DNA of 64,000 nucleotides from Methylococcales bacterium (GTDB taxonomy: Bacteria > Pseudomonadota > Gammaproteobacteria > Methylococcales > Methylomonadaceae). The notes beneath the pieces were generated by a model. That model made no database searches, had not been told where the DNA came from, and saw only the letters and a program-made list of their open reading frames with translations. The position numbers were made by a program, and so were the translations under genes. The stretch covers positions 1,197-65,196 of the forward strand of contig JBAXNR010000011.1 in assembly GCA_037133675.1 (NCBI GenBank). The letters run 5' to 3'. Positions 19,076 to 29,837 of the stretch are shown here, piece by piece (positions within the stretch are counted from its first letter, which is position 1; every line of letters starts with the position of its first letter).

Positions 19076-21844
19076 TTACTCTTCGTGACTCAATGCACCG
19101 TGGCATTGCTTATACTTTTTGCCTGAACCACAAGGGCAAGGATCGTTACGCCCTATTTTATGTCCTTCACGAACAAACGGTTGCTCCGATTCATTTTCTT
19201 GTTCTTCATCATGCTCAGCCTCAAGTAATGACTGGTCATAAGCATCTAGCGTCGGTGCGGGTGCGTGATCGAAGTGCATTTCTCTGGGAGCTTGTTGTTG
19301 CTCATCCAGTGCCTGTACTTCTTCATCTTGACTCACTCTGACTTTAAATAGAATACTGATGACTTCGTATTTAATGTCTTCCAGCAAGGTGCTAAACATT
19401 TCAAAGGCTTCACGTTTGTATTCTTGCTTAGGGTCTTTTTGTGCATAGCCGCGTAAATGAATACCCTGACGCAAATAGTCCATTGCCAATAAATGCTCTT
19501 TCCAACTGTTATCCAACACTTGCATCATCACTGATTTTTCAAAATGTTGTAACACGGGTTTGCCACCATCAATGTGTTTTTCTTTTTCGTGGTGGTTTTG
19601 TTCAAGAAGTTCAATAATGCGAGCGCGTAATCTTTCTTCTGTTAAATTGTGATCGTCGTCCAGCATTTTCTGCACAGGAACTTCAACAGTAAATTCGTGC
19701 TGTAAATGCTCTTCTAAGCCTTTAATATCCCATTGTTCCACCATTGTTTTGGCTGGAATATATTGGGTAATGACATTGTTGACCACATCGGCACGGATTG
19801 CAGTGATGATGTCAGAAATTTCCTCTGCCGCCATCAGTTCATTACGCTGTGCGTAAATAACTTTACGTTGGTCGTTTGCCACATCGTCATACGCAAGAAT
19901 TTCTTTACGCACATCGAAGTTACGCGCTTCAACTTTGCGCTGCGCATTTTCAATGGAGCGAGTAACCCACGGATGTTCAATGGCTTCACCATTGCCCATG
20001 CCGAGTTTTTGCATTAAACCTGCAACACGTTCGGAGGCAAAAATGCGCATCAAATCATCTTGCAGAGACAAATAGAATCGGGTAGAACCAGGATCGCCTT
20101 GACGACCTGAACGCCCTCTTAATTGGTTGTCGATACGACGTGATTCATGACGCTCTGAACCGATAACGTGTAAACCACCACTGGCAATAACTTGATTGTG
20201 TCGGTCTAACCACGCACCGCGTACTCTGGCTTTGTCTTCTTCACTCGCTTCTTCACCTAAAGCTTTTAATTCAGCTTCCAGATTACCACCCAGCACAATG
20301 TCAGTACCACGACCTGCCATGTTGGTAGCGATAGTCACCGCACTGGGCATACCTGCTTGTTCAACGATGTGGGCTTCACGCTCATGTTGTTTGGCGTTGA
20401 GGACTTCATGTGTAACGCCTTGTTTGATTAATAAGGCAGACAGGCGTTCAGAATTTTCAATCGAGGTTGTACCGACTAATACAGGTTGCCCGCGTAAGCT
20501 ACATTCTTTAATGTCTTCGGCAACGGCTAAATATTTTTCATCGGTGGTCAGGAAAATCACATCACCCTTGTCTTTACGAATCATCGGGCGATGCGTCGGA
20601 ATAATGACTACTTCCAGCCCGTAAATTGAATTTAATTCAAAGGCTTCTGTATCAGCAGTCCCCGTCATGCCTGACAATTTTTCGTATAAACGAAAATAGT
20701 TTTGGAAGGTAATAGAGGCGAGGGTTTGATTTTCGTTGTTGATGGTCACGCCTTCTTTGGCTTCAATGGCTTGATGCAGCCCTTCTGACCAACGGCGACC
20801 TGGCATGATACGGCCAGTAAATTCATCAACAATAATAACTTCATTATTGGCAACGATATAATCTACGTCTTTTTTGAATAATACATGAGCGCGTAATGAG
20901 GCGTTCAAGTAGTGCATTAAGCGAATATTTGCCGCGCCATATAAGCTAGTGCCTTCAGCCATTAAGCCATGTTCAACCATTAAGCGTTCAACGTGTTCAT
21001 GACCAGATTCGGTGAGATGTACTTGACGGATTTTTTCATCCACTGTGTAATCGCCGATTTCGCCTACTGTATTACCTTCTTTATCGTTTTCTTTTTCTTG
21101 TTTGATTAAAAAGGGAATAATAGCGTTGGCTCTGATATAAACGTCGGTGCTTTCTTCGGTAGGGCCAGAAATAATCAGCGGGGTACGAGCTTCGTCAATC
21201 AAAATAGAATCGACTTCATCGACGATAGCAAAACTTAAATCACGTTGGACTTTTTGTTCCAGCGTATATTCCATATTGTCGCGTAAATAATCAAAACCAA
21301 ATTCGTTGTTAGTGCCGTAAGTAATATCGGCGGCGTACGCACTGCGGCGTTCGCTTTTATCCATTTGGCTAATAATGACCCCAGTGGTCATGCCCAGAAA
21401 ATTATAAAGCTTGCCCATCCATTCTGCATCACGCTTAGCGAGATAATCATTGACTGTGACAACGTGAACACCTCGTCCAGACAAGGCATTAAGATACGCA
21501 GCTAAGGTTGCCATCAAGGTTTTACCTTCGCCCGTTTTCATTTCAGAAATTTTGCCGTCATGTAAAATCATGCCGCCAATTAACTGAACATCAAAATGAC
21601 GCATACCAAAAACCCGTGTCGAGGCTTCTCGCACTGCTGCAAACGCATCGGGAATCAAGTCATCCAGAGTTTCGCCTTGTGCCAAGCGATCCCGAAACTC
21701 CTGCGTTTTTGCTGTTAACGCCGCATCAGATAGCTTTTCGTATTCGAAAGCCAAGGCATTGATCTGCTTGACCCGCTTCGTTTTCTTTTTGATAAGCCTA
21801 TCGTTACGGCTTCCTACAATAAACTTAACCAGTTTCCCCAACAT
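19076..21844 (-). CDS. secA: Preprotein translocase ATPase SecA
   Basis: 922 aa. Contains MKTGEGKTL and [19 protein letters not shown], plus a C-terminal zinc motif [14 protein letters not shown]. Confidence 0.98.
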   Translation of the reverse strand: MLGKLVKFIVGSRNDRLIKKKTKRVKQINALAFEYEKLSDAALTAKTQEFRDRLAQGETLDDLIPDAFAAVREASTRVFGMRHFDVQLIGGMILHDGKISEMKTGEGKTLMATLAAYLNALSGRGVHVVTVNDYLAKRDAEWMGKLYNFLGMTTGVIISQMDKSERRSAYAADITYGTNNEFGFDYLRDNMEYTLEQKVQRDLSFAIVDEVDSILIDEARTPLIISGPTEESTDVYIRANAIIPFLIKQEKENDKEGNTVGEIGDYTVDEKIRQVHLTESGHEHVERLMVEHGLMAEGTSLYGAANIRLMHYLNASLRAHVLFKKDVDYIVANNEVIIVDEFTGRIMPGRRWSEGLHQAIEAKEGVTINNENQTLASITFQNYFRLYEKLSGMTGTADTEAFELNSIYGLEVVIIPTHRPMIRKDKGDVIFLTTDEKYLAVAEDIKECSLRGQPVLVGTTSIENSERLSALLIKQGVTHEVLNAKQHEREAHIVEQAGMPSAVTIATNMAGRGTDIVLGGNLEAELKALGEEASEEDKARVRGAWLDRHNQVIASGGLHVIGSERHESRRIDNQLRGRSGRQGDPGSTRFYLSLQDDLMRIFASERVAGLMQKLGMGNGEAIEHPWVTRSIENAQRKVEARNFDVRKEILAYDDVANDQRKVIYAQRNELMAAEEISDIITAIRADVVNNVITQYIPAKTMVEQWDIKGLEEHLQHEFTVEVPVQKMLDDDHNLTEERLRARIIELLEQNHHEKEKHIDGGKPVLQHFEKSVMMQVLDNSWKEHLLAMDYLRQGIHLRGYAQKDPKQEYKREAFEMFSTLLEDIKYEVISILFKVRVSQDEEVQALDEQQQAPREMHFDHAPAPTLDAYDQSLLEAEHDEEQENESEQPFVREGHKIGRNDPCPCGSGKKYKQCHGALSHEE

Positions 21845-22111
21845 GCTTTTTTTCCAGAGTGTATTTAGTAAATGATTGAAAAGTGGGGGATTATATACTG
21901 TCTACGTCGTTAGTGACAGATAAAACCCCGCATATTTGTGCTTTGCCCACTACTAATAGTGGTCTAATTTAAGATAAACAAGGCAGTGGCTTGAAATTTT
22001 GTAGACTTAAGACCTTATACATTGCACAATTCTAACGCTACTATTATAAGCGTCAGGTAGTTGAAATCAGCCAATAATGGCAACAACGTACTAGCCATTG
22101 AGTAATGACGC

Positions 22112-22726
22112 ATGAGTTCAATCGAGGAGAAAAAAATGCACCAAACTTCTAAAAAGTTATTAAATAATTTCCTAATCGGCGTTTTTGCCATTATTCCCAT
22201 CGTTATCGTATTGCAGATTATCATTTTTGTTAAAGGTTTAATCTCCGATCTATTTCGTGTTGTTTATATTTTTTCTGACAGCTCTCTTTATACCGCGCTT
22301 ATTTTTATTATCAGTTTTAGTCTGCTGGCGTGGATAGGTCACACCATCGCACAAAAAGGCGGCTCTTTCGTTATTAGAGCATTTGACTTTATCATTGACA
22401 GAATTCCGCTACTAAACACTGTTTACCGTGTGTTGAAGAAAGTCATCAATATGTTTTTGTCACATGATGAAGCCATTGCCAAAGAAGTGGTTTATGTTGA
22501 ATATCCAAAAGAGGGTATTTGGGTTCCCGCCTATGTTACAAATCGACAAAAGGATAAGTTCATCCTGTTTATTCCGACTTCACCCAATCCTACTTCTGGT
22601 TTTACTGTCATTGTTGATAAGTCAAAAATCATAACCTCCACTATGAATATTGAAGAAGCTACCAGTTTCATTGTCAGTGTCGGTGTTGATTACGACAAAG
22701 CGTTTGAAGCCTCACAATTACCTTAG
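22112..22726 (+). CDS. DUF502 family membrane protein
   Basis: 204 aa with two N-terminal TM helices and ...FIPTSPNPTSGFTVIV, characteristic of DUF502. Confidence 0.75.
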   Translation: MSSIEEKKMHQTSKKLLNNFLIGVFAIIPIVIVLQIIIFVKGLISDLFRVVYIFSDSSLYTALIFIISFSLLAWIGHTIAQKGGSFVIRAFDFIIDRIPLLNTVYRVLKKVINMFLSHDEAIAKEVVYVEYPKEGIWVPAYVTNRQKDKFILFIPTSPNPTSGFTVIVDKSKIITSTMNIEEATSFIVSVGVDYDKAFEASQLP

Positions 22727-22734
22727 GACAAAAA

Positions 22735-22971
22735 ATGAAATTAATTATCTCAGTAATAGCGGTACTGGTGCTAATCGCTAGTACTGCTTGCAGCAAAGAA
22801 AAAAACCAGCCCGAACCATCCGCGCAAAAAGCCGTTGCTGACATTATAAAAACGGAAGCTATTAGTATCAATAATGCCCAAAAAGCGTTAGAGGATTCTA
22901 AACAAGTCAATCAAATGATTCAGGATTCTGCGGCTGAGCAGCGTGAAACCATAGAAAAAACTCAGCAGTAG
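22735..22971 (+). CDS. Small putative lipoprotein
   Basis: 78 aa with a lipobox-like LIASTAC after a hydrophobic leader. It starts 8 nt after the DUF502 stop. Confidence 0.5.
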   Translation: MKLIISVIAVLVLIASTACSKEKNQPEPSAQKAVADIIKTEAISINNAQKALEDSKQVNQMIQDSAAEQRETIEKTQQ

Positions 22972-23286
22972 AATACAGGTTACATTCAGCATGAATTGAA
23001 ACTCAGCCACAGGGATGTGATTGAGCGTACGCTATTCTGGTCATCGTGATTATCTATAGATCATTAAATTTTTAAGCACCTTACCCGTGTTGAATCGAAT
23101 TCACGATTAACTACGCGGTAAGGGTTAGGGCTTATTCTGCCCTGTATCGTACACATTAAATTTTAGTGTAATTCCTTGTCACTCGCGGCTTTTTGTATGC
23201 TATAGTCTAGCTTAAATAGGAATGATTGTTGATAGCTCGATAATCGCTTGGCAATCAAGCACACTTTACCCTTGGGGGGCTTTATT

Positions 23287-23520
23287 ATGGCTATTAATTT
23301 TAAAAATCTTGCGGTAGGCGATTTGGGGAAAATAATTGGTTTTGAACCTTCGGGTAAAGCCTATCGTAAACGCTTATTGGCAATGGGTTTAACGCCTGGA
23401 ACAGAATTCAGCATTACGCGTTTCGCGCCTATGGGTGATCCTGTGGAAATAAAATTGCGTGGGTTCGCGCTGACTTTGCGTAAAGATGAAGCGGCTATTT
23501 TACAAATAGAGAAATTGTAA
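23287..23520 (+). CDS. feoA: Ferrous iron transport protein A
   Basis: The SH3-like FeoA pattern (LAVGDLGKIIGF...LLAMGLTPGTEFSITRFAPMGDPVEIKLRG) is present. ATG 23287 is preferred over the upstream TTG at 23248. It overlaps the feoB start. Confidence 0.85.
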   Translation: MAINFKNLAVGDLGKIIGFEPSGKAYRKRLLAMGLTPGTEFSITRFAPMGDPVEIKLRGFALTLRKDEAAILQIEKL

Positions 23521-25817
23521 TGGATTGTGATTTTATCGTCGGTGTTGTCGGTAATCCTAATTGCGGCAAAACTACGCTATTTAATGTTCTGACAGGCTCT
23601 AAGCAACATGTCGGCAATTGGCCAGGTGTCACCGTTGAAAAAAAAACGGGCGAGTATCGCTTTGCTGATAAACAAATTGAATTGGTCGATTTACCAGGAA
23701 CTTATTCCCTAGAGTCAGCCGATGACTCAGTATCGTTAGATGAAAAAGTTGCGCGTGATTATGTAGCAAGTAGAGCCGCTGATTTAATCGTTAATATCGT
23801 CGATGCCTCCAATATCGAGCGTAATCTTTATTTAACCTCACAGCTTATTGAAATGCGCGTACCTATGATTTTGGTACTCAATATGATTGATGTGGTGAAA
23901 CAACGCGGTATTAAAATCGACACCCATTTTTTGGCTGAGCAATTAGGCTGCCCTGTGATTGCGATTTCTGCCGCGAGTCGTTTCGGTATTCATCAGCTTC
24001 AAACTGCAATCAATAGCGCGGTTATCGCTAAACCTGTTCCCATTGCTTGTATCACTTATCATCCTGTCTTAGAAGCGGCAGTTGAAGAAATTTCTCCGCT
24101 GTTGCTTGAAACTGCACAGCACTATCCTTGCGATTGTCGCTGGTTAGCTTTGCGTTTATTGGAAGATGATACGCTGGCGAAGGAGATTGCAGGCAAGATA
24201 TTTTTACCCAAAGCGCGAAAATATCAGCAGCAAGTTGAGCAAGAAACCGACGATGAAATCGATATTTTAGCTGCTGATGCGCGGTATGGTTTTGTCAATC
24301 AAATTACTCAAAGTGCAGTCTGTAAACTGAATGAAATTAGTCGCCACGGCACGGAACGCATCGATAATATTGTGTTAAATCGCTTTTTAGGCATTCCGAT
24401 TTTTCTGCTAGTGATGTATGCCATGTTTATGTTTACCATCAACATCGGCAGTGCGTTTGTGGATTTTTTCGATCAAGTGGTCGGTGCGTTATTGGTCGAT
24501 GGTTTAGGCGTATTGTTGGCTCAAATAGCTACCCCAGAATGGTTGCAAGTATTAATCACCAAAGGCTTAGGTGGCGGTATTCAAGTAGTTGCCACTTTCA
24601 TTCCGATTGTGGGGTTTTTGTTTCTGTTTTTGTCCGCATTGGAAGATTCTGGCTATATGGCGCGTGCGGCGTTTGTCATGGATAGATTCATGCGTTTAAT
24701 TGGTCTCCCAGGAAAATCGTTTGTGCCGATGATTGTCGGTTTTGGCTGCAATGTCCCTGCGATTATGGCGACACGCACACTAGAAAATCAGCGCGACCGC
24801 ATACTAACTAATTTAATGAATCCATTTATGTCTTGTGGTGCAAGACTGCCTGTGTATGCGTTATTTGCGGCGGCGTTTTTTCCTGTCGGTGGGCAGAATT
24901 TAGTATTTAGTTTATACATACTGGGGATTACAGTCGCGGTATTGACGGGCTTAATCATGCGTCATACCCTATTTAAAGGCGAAACCACGCCATTTATTAT
25001 GGAATTACCTACTTACCATTTGCCGACTTTTCGAGGTGTGTTGTTACGCACTTGGGATAGACTACATTCTTTTTTAACCAATGCGGGTAAGGTAATTGTA
25101 CCGATGGTATTGGTGTTAAATTTTCTTAATGCACTAGGAACAGATGGCAGTTTTGGTCAGGAAAACAGTGATAAATCAGTATTAAGCGAAATTGGACGTA
25201 GTTTAACGCCCGCATTTAAACCAATGGGGATCAGCGACGACAATTGGCCCGCCACCGTTGGTATTTTTACGGGTGTGTTAGCGAAAGAGGCGGTGGTAGG
25301 CACATTGAATGCGTTGTATAGTCAAATGGCAACTGCTAACGCACCAACTGAGCCACTCGTATTTAATCTTAAAAACGCACTCATGGCGGCTTGTGCAACT
25401 ATTCCCGAAAATTTACACACCGTAGCAACTAATCTCCTAGACCCATTAGGACTGAATGCCGTGAATGAGGCGCAGGCGGTGAACACCTCGACTTTTGCCG
25501 CCATGCAGCACAGTTTTGATGGTAAAGCAGGCGCGTTTGCGTATTTATTATTTATTTTATTGTACGCACCTTGTGTGGCTGCGACTGCCGCTATTTACCG
25601 CGAAACTAACCGTAATTGGACGCTGTTTGTGGTGTTTTGGACGACAGGCATTGCTTATATGACTGCGACTATTTTTTATCAAGCCATGACTTATGACGAA
25701 CATCCAAGCTATTCTCTACTCTGGATAATAGGATTATTACTGACGTTTTCATCAATATTATTTGGCTTGTGGTTACTAGGAAAAAAACCAGAAAAAACCT
25801 TTCAGGAGCTTAGCTAA
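23520..25817 (+). CDS. feoB: Ferrous iron transporter FeoB
   Basis: G-domain motifs GNPNCGKTTLFN and DLPGTYSL, followed by a polytopic permease; 765 aa. Confidence 0.97.
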   Translation: MDCDFIVGVVGNPNCGKTTLFNVLTGSKQHVGNWPGVTVEKKTGEYRFADKQIELVDLPGTYSLESADDSVSLDEKVARDYVASRAADLIVNIVDASNIERNLYLTSQLIEMRVPMILVLNMIDVVKQRGIKIDTHFLAEQLGCPVIAISAASRFGIHQLQTAINSAVIAKPVPIACITYHPVLEAAVEEISPLLLETAQHYPCDCRWLALRLLEDDTLAKEIAGKIFLPKARKYQQQVEQETDDEIDILAADARYGFVNQITQSAVCKLNEISRHGTERIDNIVLNRFLGIPIFLLVMYAMFMFTINIGSAFVDFFDQVVGALLVDGLGVLLAQIATPEWLQVLITKGLGGGIQVVATFIPIVGFLFLFLSALEDSGYMARAAFVMDRFMRLIGLPGKSFVPMIVGFGCNVPAIMATRTLENQRDRILTNLMNPFMSCGARLPVYALFAAAFFPVGGQNLVFSLYILGITVAVLTGLIMRHTLFKGETTPFIMELPTYHLPTFRGVLLRTWDRLHSFLTNAGKVIVPMVLVLNFLNALGTDGSFGQENSDKSVLSEIGRSLTPAFKPMGISDDNWPATVGIFTGVLAKEAVVGTLNALYSQMATANAPTEPLVFNLKNALMAACATIPENLHTVATNLLDPLGLNAVNEAQAVNTSTFAAMQHSFDGKAGAFAYLLFILLYAPCVAATAAIYRETNRNWTLFVVFWTTGIAYMTATIFYQAMTYDEHPSYSLLWIIGLLLTFSSILFGLWLLGKKPEKTFQELS

Positions 25818-26041
25818 TGATTTTATCTGACTTAAGAAGTTATTTAAAACAACAGCATACAGTTGCTTTAGCTGATTTAGTAAATCATTTTAACATCGAT
25901 GCTAATGCACTACGCGGTATGTTGAGTAAATGGATTAGCAAAGGTTATGTGCGCGTTGTGCCGCTGAAATCTTCTTGTGGTACAGGTTGCTGTAAATGTG
26001 ATCCTGCATTGACAGAACTTTATGAGTGGATAAATAAATAG
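25817..26041 (+). CDS. feoC: FeoC-like winged-helix protein
   Basis: 74 aa with an LSDLRSYL... wHTH and a Cys cluster CGTGCCKCD. Its start overlaps the feoB stop. Confidence 0.75.
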   Translation: MILSDLRSYLKQQHTVALADLVNHFNIDANALRGMLSKWISKGYVRVVPLKSSCGTGCCKCDPALTELYEWINK

Positions 26042-26221
26042 CTACGATAAAGCGTATTCGTCTAAAATAGTGCTATCCAACTTAGTGTGGAATAGTTTAT
26101 TTCCAAGCATTTAAAATTCGCGTATTTCCGCTTGTCTTATAATATCTGTTCTTGAGTGAAGCATTTTAAGTTGAAGGTCTAAGCCTAAATTCACAGTATC
26201 TCAACAAACAGGAGTCTAACA

Positions 26222-27883
26222 TTGTCCACACAGTCATCCAGTATTCTCATTGGCTATTTATCTGAAGTTCGTAATAACGGTATGGATGCCAGAATCGCAG
26301 ATGAATATGTCAAAGATACCTCGCGTATCAAAGTAGACAATGAAGAAATTTTGGTCGGTCATATTGGTTCGTATGTCGCTATTCGGCAAGCTGATATTAG
26401 TATTTTAGCCATTACCATTCAAATGTGGGAAAAACACCGTTTTGATAATGCTGATATGCGTAAAACCGATCGCTTTATTGCCTTAGCTCCCGTCGGTGAA
26501 ATTCAAACAGACGGTACTTTTTTGCGTGGTATCACCAATTACCCTACCTCAGGTGCAAAGGTTTATGCGGTTGGCATCACTGAAGTCAGTGCTATTTTCT
26601 CGAAATATCGTAAATATAAATTTTTTATTGGTCAATTATCTTCCCATAGGGGTTATGACCTCAGTCTTGATCCGCAGATTTTCTTTAGTCGGCATTTTGC
26701 GATTGTCGGGCAGTCTGGCTCAGGTAAATCATGGACAGTGACTAATCTGGTTCAACGTGCAGTTAAAACCATGCCCAAAAGCCATATTATTTTGCTGGAT
26801 TTACATGGCGAATATTGCTGGAAAGACACCAAAGGCGTGAGATATTCGGCATTTGATGAGAACATTGTGAATTGTATCGATGCACAAGAAATGGAAATGC
26901 CTTATTGGATGATGAGTTATGCCGAATTGGTAGATTTATTCATTGATCGTGACGACAAAGGTGCGTCCACGCAAATGTCCTTCATGAGTGAAGTATTGAT
27001 GCAGCTTAAGCGCAAAGAATCTAAGCGTATCGGTTTGGTAACGTTTTCTATTGATACGCCTATCTATTTTTCCTTAGCAGAATTGTACATCGCGTTTAAA
27101 ACCGCCAATGAAGAAAAAAAAGCATTTGGCAAAGTGCTAGGTCCTTTATATGGACAGTTTGATAATTTTCTCATTAAAATGCAAAGTCGCTTAAACGACG
27201 TGCGTTATGACTTTTTACTCAGACCCAAAAAACGTAAAAACTCAGAAAGCATGGTAGATTTATTACGCACTTTTGTCGGCTTAGGTGACAAAAAAGCCAA
27301 TGTCACGGTGGTGGATTTAAGTGCAGTGCCGTCCGATATTCGCCCCGCGATTGCAGCGCAAGTGGGTCGTTTAGCTTACGAGTTTAATTATTGGAATCCT
27401 AACCGTCGGGAATTTCCAATCACCCTGATTTGTGAGGAAGCCCATATCTACATTCCTAAAGAAAAAGGCGGGCAATTTGAAGGCTCGAAAAAAATGATGG
27501 AGCGTATTGCCAAAGAAGGTCGAAAATACGGCGTATCTATTGGCGTGGTGAGTCAAAGACCCACCGAGTTATCCGAAACCATGCTGTCACAATGCAGCTC
27601 TTTTATCTGCTTACGCACCACCAGCTTAGAAGATCAAGTGTATATCAGAGGATTGATTCCAGAATCTGAAGGGAATTTAGCGGATGTGTTAAGCTCACTT
27701 GGCAGAGGCGAAGCCCTAGTATTAGGTGAAGCCGTGCCGTTACCAACGCGTGTACAGCTTTACAAACCGAATCCAGAGCCAAAAAGTAATGACGTGGATT
27801 ATGTGACTGGTTGGCGTAAAGGCGTGGCGGATTTGGATGTTGAAGAAATCGTGCAATTATGGCGCACACAAGATAGACGATAA
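26222..27883 (+). CDS. HerA-like (DUF87/FtsK-HerA superfamily) ATPase, with no recognisable nuclease or SIR2 partner
   Basis: 553 aa. An N-terminal HAS-barrel-like region is followed by Walker A IVGQSGSGKSW and Walker B HIILLDLHGEY, then ICEEAHIYIP and GVVSQRPTELS. It has a TTG start with an AGGAG RBS 8 nt upstream. Confidence 0.8.
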   Translation: MSTQSSSILIGYLSEVRNNGMDARIADEYVKDTSRIKVDNEEILVGHIGSYVAIRQADISILAITIQMWEKHRFDNADMRKTDRFIALAPVGEIQTDGTFLRGITNYPTSGAKVYAVGITEVSAIFSKYRKYKFFIGQLSSHRGYDLSLDPQIFFSRHFAIVGQSGSGKSWTVTNLVQRAVKTMPKSHIILLDLHGEYCWKDTKGVRYSAFDENIVNCIDAQEMEMPYWMMSYAELVDLFIDRDDKGASTQMSFMSEVLMQLKRKESKRIGLVTFSIDTPIYFSLAELYIAFKTANEEKKAFGKVLGPLYGQFDNFLIKMQSRLNDVRYDFLLRPKKRKNSESMVDLLRTFVGLGDKKANVTVVDLSAVPSDIRPAIAAQVGRLAYEFNYWNPNRREFPITLICEEAHIYIPKEKGGQFEGSKKMMERIAKEGRKYGVSIGVVSQRPTELSETMLSQCSSFICLRTTSLEDQVYIRGLIPESEGNLADVLSSLGRGEALVLGEAVPLPTRVQLYKPNPEPKSNDVDYVTGWRKGVADLDVEEIVQLWRTQDRR

Positions 27884-27899
27884 GAAAAGGAGAAATCTG

Positions 27900-28220
27900 T
27901 TGGCGTGGTTAGTTTTATTTTCCGCAGGGTGCGTAGAAATCGTCTTTGCTCTAAGCCTTAAATACAACCAAGGTTTTACCAAACTATTACCAAGCATCAT
28001 CACTTGTCTGTCAGGTGCAGGTAGTTTTGGCTTATTAATGTGGGCAATTAAAAGCCTACCATTAGGAACAGCTTATGCCGTATGGACAGGCATGGGTGCG
28101 GTGGGCGTTGCTATTATGGGCATTATTCTATTCAAAGAATCGATGGACTGGATTCGCTTGCTCTCCATTACCTTAGTCATCCTCGGTATCATCGGACTTA
28201 AATTAACCGATAATAATTAA
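27900..28220 (+). CDS. sugE: SMR-family small multidrug/guanidinium exporter (SugE/Gdx-like)
   Basis: In-frame TTG at 27900 preceded by AAGGAG gives a 106-aa, 4-TM protein with the TM1 glutamate (AGCVEIVFA). The track ORF starting at 27837 would overlap herA. Confidence 0.85.
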   Translation: MAWLVLFSAGCVEIVFALSLKYNQGFTKLLPSIITCLSGAGSFGLLMWAIKSLPLGTAYAVWTGMGAVGVAIMGIILFKESMDWIRLLSITLVILGIIGLKLTDNN

Positions 28221-28221
28221 C

Positions 28222-28512
28222 GTGTTACATCTTATTTCACAATCACCGATTGAAACCGCCGTATTCGAGCGCGTCGCGGATGGCGATGAACTGGTGTTTC
28301 TTGATAATGCTGTGTTGCGATTATTACAATACGGCGAATTAAATCAAACCTTAAACGCATTACTCAAAAATCATCGACTTTATGTATTAGCCGACACCTT
28401 AACAGTGCTCGGTATCAGCACAGAAGAGTTGGTGCAAGGCATTAGCGTCATCGATTATCCGCAGTTAGTCGCCTTAACCGTCAAACATTCTGTCATTCAA
28501 TCATGGTCGTAA
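28222..28512 (+). CDS. dsrH: DsrH/TusB family sulfur-relay protein
   Basis: 96 aa. MLHLISQSP...DELVFLDNAV...LYVLADTL matches the DsrH/TusB pattern. The GTG start is 1 nt after the sugE stop. Confidence 0.8.
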   Translation: MLHLISQSPIETAVFERVADGDELVFLDNAVLRLLQYGELNQTLNALLKNHRLYVLADTLTVLGISTEELVQGISVIDYPQLVALTVKHSVIQSWS

Positions 28513-28820
28513 TGCCAGAAACCACATCACAAGGCTTTTTAATCAATGCAGCGGATTGGAATGAAAGCGTAGCAACCACACACGCACAATTAAATAACAT
28601 CGTTTTAACCCCCGCCCATTGGGAAATCATTCACTTCATCCGCGATTATTATCAGCACTATAAACACCTACCCAACATGCGTGTTTTTACCAAAGCCATT
28701 GCCAAAACCTTAGGCGAAGACAAAGGCAATAGCCGCTATTTACACAGCTTATTCCCCGACGCTCCACTACGCGATGCTTGTAAATTAGCAGGATTACCCA
28801 AACCACCCACTTGTCTGTAG
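28503..28820 (+). CDS. dsrC: DsrC/TusE family protein with both C-terminal cysteines
   Basis: 105 aa with the C-terminal arm ...DACKLAGLPKPPTCL. The two Cys are 11 residues apart, as in DsrC proper. It overlaps dsrH by 10 nt. Confidence 0.85.
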   Translation: MVVMPETTSQGFLINAADWNESVATTHAQLNNIVLTPAHWEIIHFIRDYYQHYKHLPNMRVFTKAIAKTLGEDKGNSRYLHSLFPDAPLRDACKLAGLPKPPTCL

Positions 28821-29039
28821 GGCAGAAAGTATTTGAACGTGAACTTATATATTTCTGATACTACTTCAACTTAGACGCACTACCCGTCGCTTAGTGAATT
28901 GGATCATCAACCCGTAGAATGATTGTTGTCATCATGCTGCACACTACGGCAAGCCTATTGCGGTGCCCTACGCGCTATTGCACTACATTGACACCTGAGC
29001 CGATTAAAAAACCAAATAACACCACAATACCCCGCTGGT

Positions 29040-29434
29040 TTGCGATTACCAACCGCCCAAGAACTGGCAAAAGAACCCGCTCGAAAAGAATCACCCACAC
29101 AAAACGCAAGCGTAGAAGCGGATTTTAACGGCGATGGAAAACCAGATTACGCTTTTTTATTAGCCAGTATTAACACCAGCAAAGGCGCGTTAGCGGTTAA
29201 ACTATCGAACCATGATAATTATGAATGGATTGTATCGATAATGACCTTGATTGGAATGCTGAACCAATGGCGATTGATTTAGCAGAACCCAACACCTACC
29301 AAACGGCTTGTGGCAAAGGCTATTGGGAATGTGCAGCAAATGAACCAAGTAGCATTACATTGGCAAATGCTGGATTTTTTTATTCCCCTTTTGAGCAAGG
29401 CGGGGGCAGTAATGATATTTTGGAACAGAGCTAA
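29040..29434 (+). pseudogene. Frameshifted remnant of a small FG-GAP/VCBS-like (DFNGDGKPDY) protein
   Basis: Two overlapping ORFs in different frames (29040..29282 and 29225..29434) read as one product if a frameshift near 29225-29240 is corrected. There is no signal peptide or credible start, and an in-frame stop lies at 28989. Confidence 0.35.
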
Positions 29435-29519
29435 AAATGATTTTACCCAGATTGTAATGAGTGATTAAAAACGTATCAGCCTGACTACTGAAAAATTCTT
29501 TTTATCAATAAGGATAGCT

Positions 29520-29837
29520 ATGGAAATTGTGTGCAAAAACTGTAATACCAGTCATTATCTCAGTGACGAGCGAATCCCTTTAGAAACCAAAACAGGTAAA
29601 TGCAAACAATGCAGTGCGCCGATAACGGTATTAGGAAAAAATGCCCTCGGTTCAATCGAGCTATCACTCACACAATCAACACCGCCAGAACCAGAAGCCA
29701 CAAAAAACTGTGATTTTTGTGGTGAAAAAATCTTAGCGATTGCCAAGAAATGCCGACATTGCGGCAGTATGTTGGATGGTAGTCATACCGCTAACTCTCA
29801 AACCACCCAAAGACGTTACGCCACCGCACACGGATAA
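29520..29837 (+). CDS. Double zinc-ribbon protein
   Basis: CKNC...CKQC and CDFC...CRHC pairs; 105 aa. It may be the 5' part of a frameshifted longer gene (see 29740..30189). Confidence 0.55.
   Translation: MEIVCKNCNTSHYLSDERIPLETKTGKCKQCSAPITVLGKNALGSIELSLTQSTPPEPEATKNCDFCGEKILAIAKKCRHCGSMLDGSHTANSQTTQRRYATAHG

Noticed and set aside
23180-23286. Possible Fur box upstream of feoA (around GAATGATTGTTGATAGCTCGATAATC)
   Set aside because: There is only a weak match to the GATAATGATAATCATTATC consensus when aligned by eye. It would need a position weight matrix scan or a Fur footprint.
26042-26221. Missing HerA partner gene hidden upstream
   Set aside because: The 180-bp gap has no ORF of useful length in any frame. 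It contains only a TATAAT-like element.
27884-27899. Guanidine riboswitch upstream of sugE/gdx
   Set aside because: Only 16 nt separate the herA stop from the sugE start, which leaves no room for a ykkC or mini-ykkC structure.
28919-29128. Highly basic 69-aa ORF
   Set aside because: It has no RBS and overlaps the FG-GAP-like remnant in another frame. Its composition looks like out-of-frame translation.
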